From assembly GCA_963755715.1 (NCBI GenBank), contig CAVWLW010000050.1, positions 1 to 64,000 of the forward strand: a stretch of 64,000 bases of DNA, read 5' to 3'. Every line of letters begins with the position of its first letter. The stretch's first letter is position 1. This DNA comes from an uncultured delta proteobacterium. GTDB lineage: Bacteria; Desulfobacterota; Binatia; UBA9968. The translations under genes and the position numbers were made by a program. This document shows positions 50,914-64,000 of the stretch, piece after piece. The notes under the pieces are model-generated. The model was not told the origin of the DNA. It saw nothing but the letters and a program-made list of their open reading frames with translations, and did no database searches.

Positions 50914-53900
50914 ATGATCTGCCCGCAGTGCCAATCTGAAAACTCTGCTATTGTCGCCTTTTGCGACCAGTGTGGAACACAGCTGGAAGCACCCTGCCCA
51001 CGGTGCGGCGAGCCAAATCGGCAAGGAGCCAAATTCTGCAGACGCTGCGGTCAAGCAATCGGTGAAACACCCGTCAGGTCTTCTCCCCTCAACGTCGGGA
51101 CACCGGCACCCGATACCTATGTCCCAAAACACCTCGCTGAAAAGATACTGGCTTCTCGCCACAAGCTGGAAGGAGAACGGAAACAGGTGACCGTTCTCTT
51201 TGCAGACATAAGAGGATCGACAACTTTAGTGGAGGGGCTCGATCCTGAAGAGGCTCAGAAGCTAATCGACCCGGTTCTGCAGATCATGATGGACGCAGTC
51301 CACAAATACGAAGGGACTGTGAATCAGGTCGCAGGCGATGGCATCATGGCGCTGTTCGGTGCACCCTTAGCGCACGAAGACCACGCGTTGCGTGCCTGCT
51401 ATGCGGCACTGGCCATGCAGGAAGAGATGCGGCGCTACCGTCAGACGCTCGGCCAATCGGAAGAATCGGGATTGCAGATCGGGGTTGGAATGAACTCCGG
51501 GGAAGTCGTCCTCCGCTCCATAGATATCGATATCAATATCGAATACACGGCTATAGGCCACACGACGCATCTGGCAGCTCGGCTGCAGGAGCTCGCAGGT
51601 CGCGGGATGATATTGATGACGGCCTCTACCTTGCGCCAAGTCGAAGGCTTTGTTCAAGTTGAATCCCTCGGTCCCGTGCAAGCCAAGGGTATTTCGCAGC
51701 CGTGCGAGGCTTATTCGCTCATTGGTACAACCTCCGCCCGCACCCGCTTCCAAGCTGGGGCGGGTCGTGGGTTGACACCGCTGGTCGGACGCAACGCGGA
51801 AATCGATATTTTCAACAAACTAGTCGAGCAAACCGCGGCGCGGCACGGCCAAATATTGGCGATGGTTGGCGAGCCCGGTATGGGAAAATCGCGTTTGGTC
51901 CACGAATTTACGCGACACCAGCTGCCCGCCGGGTGGCTCGTCTTGGAAGGCGCATCGGTGTCTTACGGCAAGGCTACCCCATATTTTCCATTGATCGAAA
52001 TGTTGCGCCGCTATTTTCAAATCACCGATGGGAATGGACAGCGAGGAAATTCAAGAGCGAGTGGTGATCATATTTTGGAATTGAGCGACATGCTCAAAGA
52101 TGCCATTCCGCCAATCCTTTCATTACTCGGAGCACTCCCGGAAGAAAACCATTCGCCGCCCTCCGGCGAGCCGGATTGGCTATCAAAACATCAAGATGTA
52201 GTCGAGATGGTCAAACGATTCGGCGCGATGGATCCACAACAGCGGCGGCGCCGTATCTTTGATGCGGTAAAGCGGGTACTTATCCGTGAGAGTCAGCGGC
52301 AGCCGTTGCTCATCGTTTTTGAGGACCTGCATTGGATCGATAGCGAAACGCAGGCATTTCTCGATGGCTTCGTAGAAAGTCTGCCCTTGTCGCGGATTCT
52401 TCTCCTGGTGGATTACCGCCCCGAGTACAGTCACGGCTGGAGCGATCGTTCATTCTATAGCCATCTTCACGTGGATCCCTTAAATCCCAGTAGCGCGGAA
52501 GAACTCTTGCAACACCTTTTGGGACGCAACAAGGACCTCCTGCCACTAAGGCAGCTATTGGCGGAACGTACCGTAGGAAATCCTTTTTTTGCAGAAGAGA
52601 GCGTGCGTTCTCTCGTCGAAGAAGGAGTTCTGCTGGGCGAGAAGGGGGCCTACCGGCCGAGCCTGAAAATTGATGAGATTCGTATCCCGAGCACCGTGCA
52701 AAACGTCGTGGCGGATCGTATCGACCGATTGCCTATTGCAGGAAAAACACCTGCTGCAAACCGCCGCCGTCATTGGCGTAATTGTTCCCTTACCACTGCT
52801 TCGTGCTGTTGCCGGGTTGACTGAAGATGAGCTGCAGGGTCAGCTTGCTCACCTCCAGGCCGCCGAATTTCTCTATGAATCAAACCTTTTCCCCCAGTTG
52901 GAGTACACGTTCAAGCATGCTCTTACCAATGAAGTGGCCTACGGGGCTTTGCTCCACGAGCACAAGACTTCTTTGCACGCAAAAATCGTGAGCGCGCTCG
53001 AAAAGAGCGTAACCGACAATTTGCGCGATCATATTGAAACGCTTGCTCATCATGCCTTTCATAGCGAGGCCTGGGACAAAGCCGTTTTTTACCTCAAGGA
53101 AGCTGGCGCGAAGGCTGTATCGCGATCGTCATTTCGCAATGCGCTGCTTTGGTACGAACAAGCATTAAAGGCATTACGGTGTCTCCCGATAGGGCTCGAT
53201 ACGCTCAGAGATGCAGTCGATCTTCGCGTCATCATACGCAATGCTCTATTCGTTCTCGGTGATTTTCAGCAAGGAATCAGATATTTGGAAGAAGCTAAGG
53301 AAGCGGCCATCGCACTTAATGATCAAGCGCGATTGGGGACAATATTTAATTTGATGACTGCCCATTGGAATCTTGCCGGGAATTCGGAACGGGCGATCGT
53401 GTCCGCCAAAGAAGCCCTGGACCATACACGGGCGCCGGAGAATATTGATCTTCATATCGTCGCCCACTATTTTCTTGGCGTAGCGCACCATAATTTGGGT
53501 CAATACGAGTGCGCCGTTGAGGTGCTTGGACTAGCACTCCCGCTGATCGGGAATCGGAAATTTGAGTTGTTTGGCACGACCGGAAGCGTCTATGTGATCT
53601 GCAGAGTGTGGCTGGCCCGTGCGCTCGCTCAATTAGGGAGGTTTACTGAAGCCGCCCCTTATGCAGATGACGCAATTCGCGCTGCCGAGGAGAGTAGTCA
53701 CCCTTATAGCATTGCCTATGCGTATTATGGGGCGGGGATACTTTTCCTGATTAAGGGAGATTTTGACCGGTCGATCGCGATGCTCGAACGCGGCTTAGCA
53801 GTGTGTGACGCAGCAGAGATTCCGGCGCAGCGCCCCCTCGTTGCTTCGTGCCTAGGTGCTGCCTATGCCTTTGTGGGACGACTAGACGAGGCCCACCGGC

Positions 53901-54358
53901 TGCTTGAGAGCGCCGTGGAGCACACTGCGTCCATGAGAAGACTTGCTGGTCAGGCTATACGCGTGGCCTGGTTAAGCGGTGCGTACATGCTCGCGGGTCG
54001 AACTGATGAAGCAGAGGCACTGACCAGGCGCGGTCTGGAACTGGCGGCTGAAAGTAAAGACAGAGGAAGTCAAGCATGGTTACTGGCAATCCTCGCAGAC
54101 CTTTCATCGCGGCGCAGTCCTTTGAACGTGGAGCAAGTTAAAGCGGACTACGGTATAGCTTTGGCATTGGCGCGAGAAATAAAAATGCGTCCTTTGCAAG
54201 CACACTGTCACCTGGGCATCGGCAATCTTTACGCTCAGGTGGAGAAGGATGCGGAGGCCCGCGACGAACTACTTGGAGCTGTAGATCTCTACAAAGCGAT
54301 GTCGATGCCATATTGGCTATCAAAGGCTGAGGCTGCGTTGGCCAAACTCGTTGAATAA
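50914..54358 (+). CDS. Double zinc ribbon / class III nucleotide cyclase / STAND (AAA_16) ATPase / TPR protein, frameshift at about 52740
   Basis: Four CxxC pairs, the cyclase motifs GERKQVTVLFADIRGST, GDGIMALFGAP and LAARLQ, Walker A GEPGMGKS, Walker B IVFEDLHW, GNPFF, YTFKHAL and a TPR-like C-terminus. Confidence 0.92.
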
Positions 54359-54363
54359 TTCCT

Positions 54364-63317
<8,954 letters not shown>

Positions 63318-63321
<4 letters not shown>

Positions 63322-64000
63322 ACACCGGCGAATTTATCACGTACCTCCAAGATTTTGGTGTTAGGCTTAGCGCCGAAGGCGAACGTCTGCACGTAAGCGC
63401 GCCGAAGGGCAAGCTGCCAGCCGATCTGCGCGCTCAGATCGCCGAACGTAAAGCGGACATTCTCACTCTTCTGCGCCAGCGATCTTCGACTAAACGGATC
63501 GCCGCCCCGCCAATCAAGTCTCGCGCAAGCAGTGAACCCGCGCCGCTGTCGTTTGCCCAAGAACGGCTTTGGTTCTTGGAACAGTTGGAACCGGAAAGCG
63601 CCGTCTACAACATCTGCCGCGCATCTCGCCTGCTTGGAAACTTAAACATTTCCGCTCTCGAAGCCAGCCTCAATGAAATCATCAGCCGTCATGAAACTCT
63701 CCGAACCGCGTTCCGCCTAGTCGACGGTCGGCCCGTACAAGTCGTTCAGCCCGCTCGAAACATCTCGATCGAGATTGCCGATCTGCGCTCAATGCCAAGG
63801 AAGAGCGCGACGCCGGAAATCCAGCGCCGAATCAAAGCTGAAGCGGAACGTCCATTCGATCTATCTGACCGGACAGTTACTCAGATGCTACGTTGCTTCG
63901 TGTCGGTGACCAAGAACATGTGCTGATCCTGATGACGCACCACAGCGCTTCCGACGCCTGGTCGATGGGGATACTGACGCGCGAGCTCTGGACGCTTTAC
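63318..64000 (+). CDS. Second NRPS gene (partial): TubC-type N-terminal docking domain plus condensation domain
   Basis: NTGEFITYLQDFGVRLSAEGERLHVSAPKGKLPADLRAQIAERKADILTLL, then PLSFAQERLWFLEQL, RHETLRT and THHSASDAWS. It runs off the window. Confidence 0.85.

Overview
A 64 kb bacterial window. Gene content and the intergenic repeat families suggest Candidatus Binatia or a related deltaproteobacterium (inference). Many genes carry single-base frameshifts typical of an unpolished long-read assembly, and several gene fragments are fused at abrupt junctions. Left: a UGSC-type selenoprotein (in-frame UGA in GH-U-STC plus a SECIS-like hairpin) upstream of a thioredoxin reductase, then a patch of gene relics that includes a second Sec-type (YCS-U-PNE) rhodanese, a Tm-1/cupin/transhydrogenase trio and ilvD. 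Middle: seven NMT1/SsuA-type binding proteins with no permease or ATPase, a UbiD decarboxylase, two tandem sorbosone-dehydrogenase-like genes and an RND pump. The most striking locus is a four-gene operon: GlcG/HbpS, a TAT-less reductive-dehalogenase-like protein, an Fe-S-less RdhA-like partner and a ferredoxin-GlcG fusion. Right: an orphan E1 alpha/beta pair, MmgE/PrpD, CoxG, an extra RpoD-like sigma factor and a cyclase-STAND-TPR gene 5 bp upstream of a non-canonical NRPS that runs off the window. No rRNA, tRNA or CRISPR array was seen.
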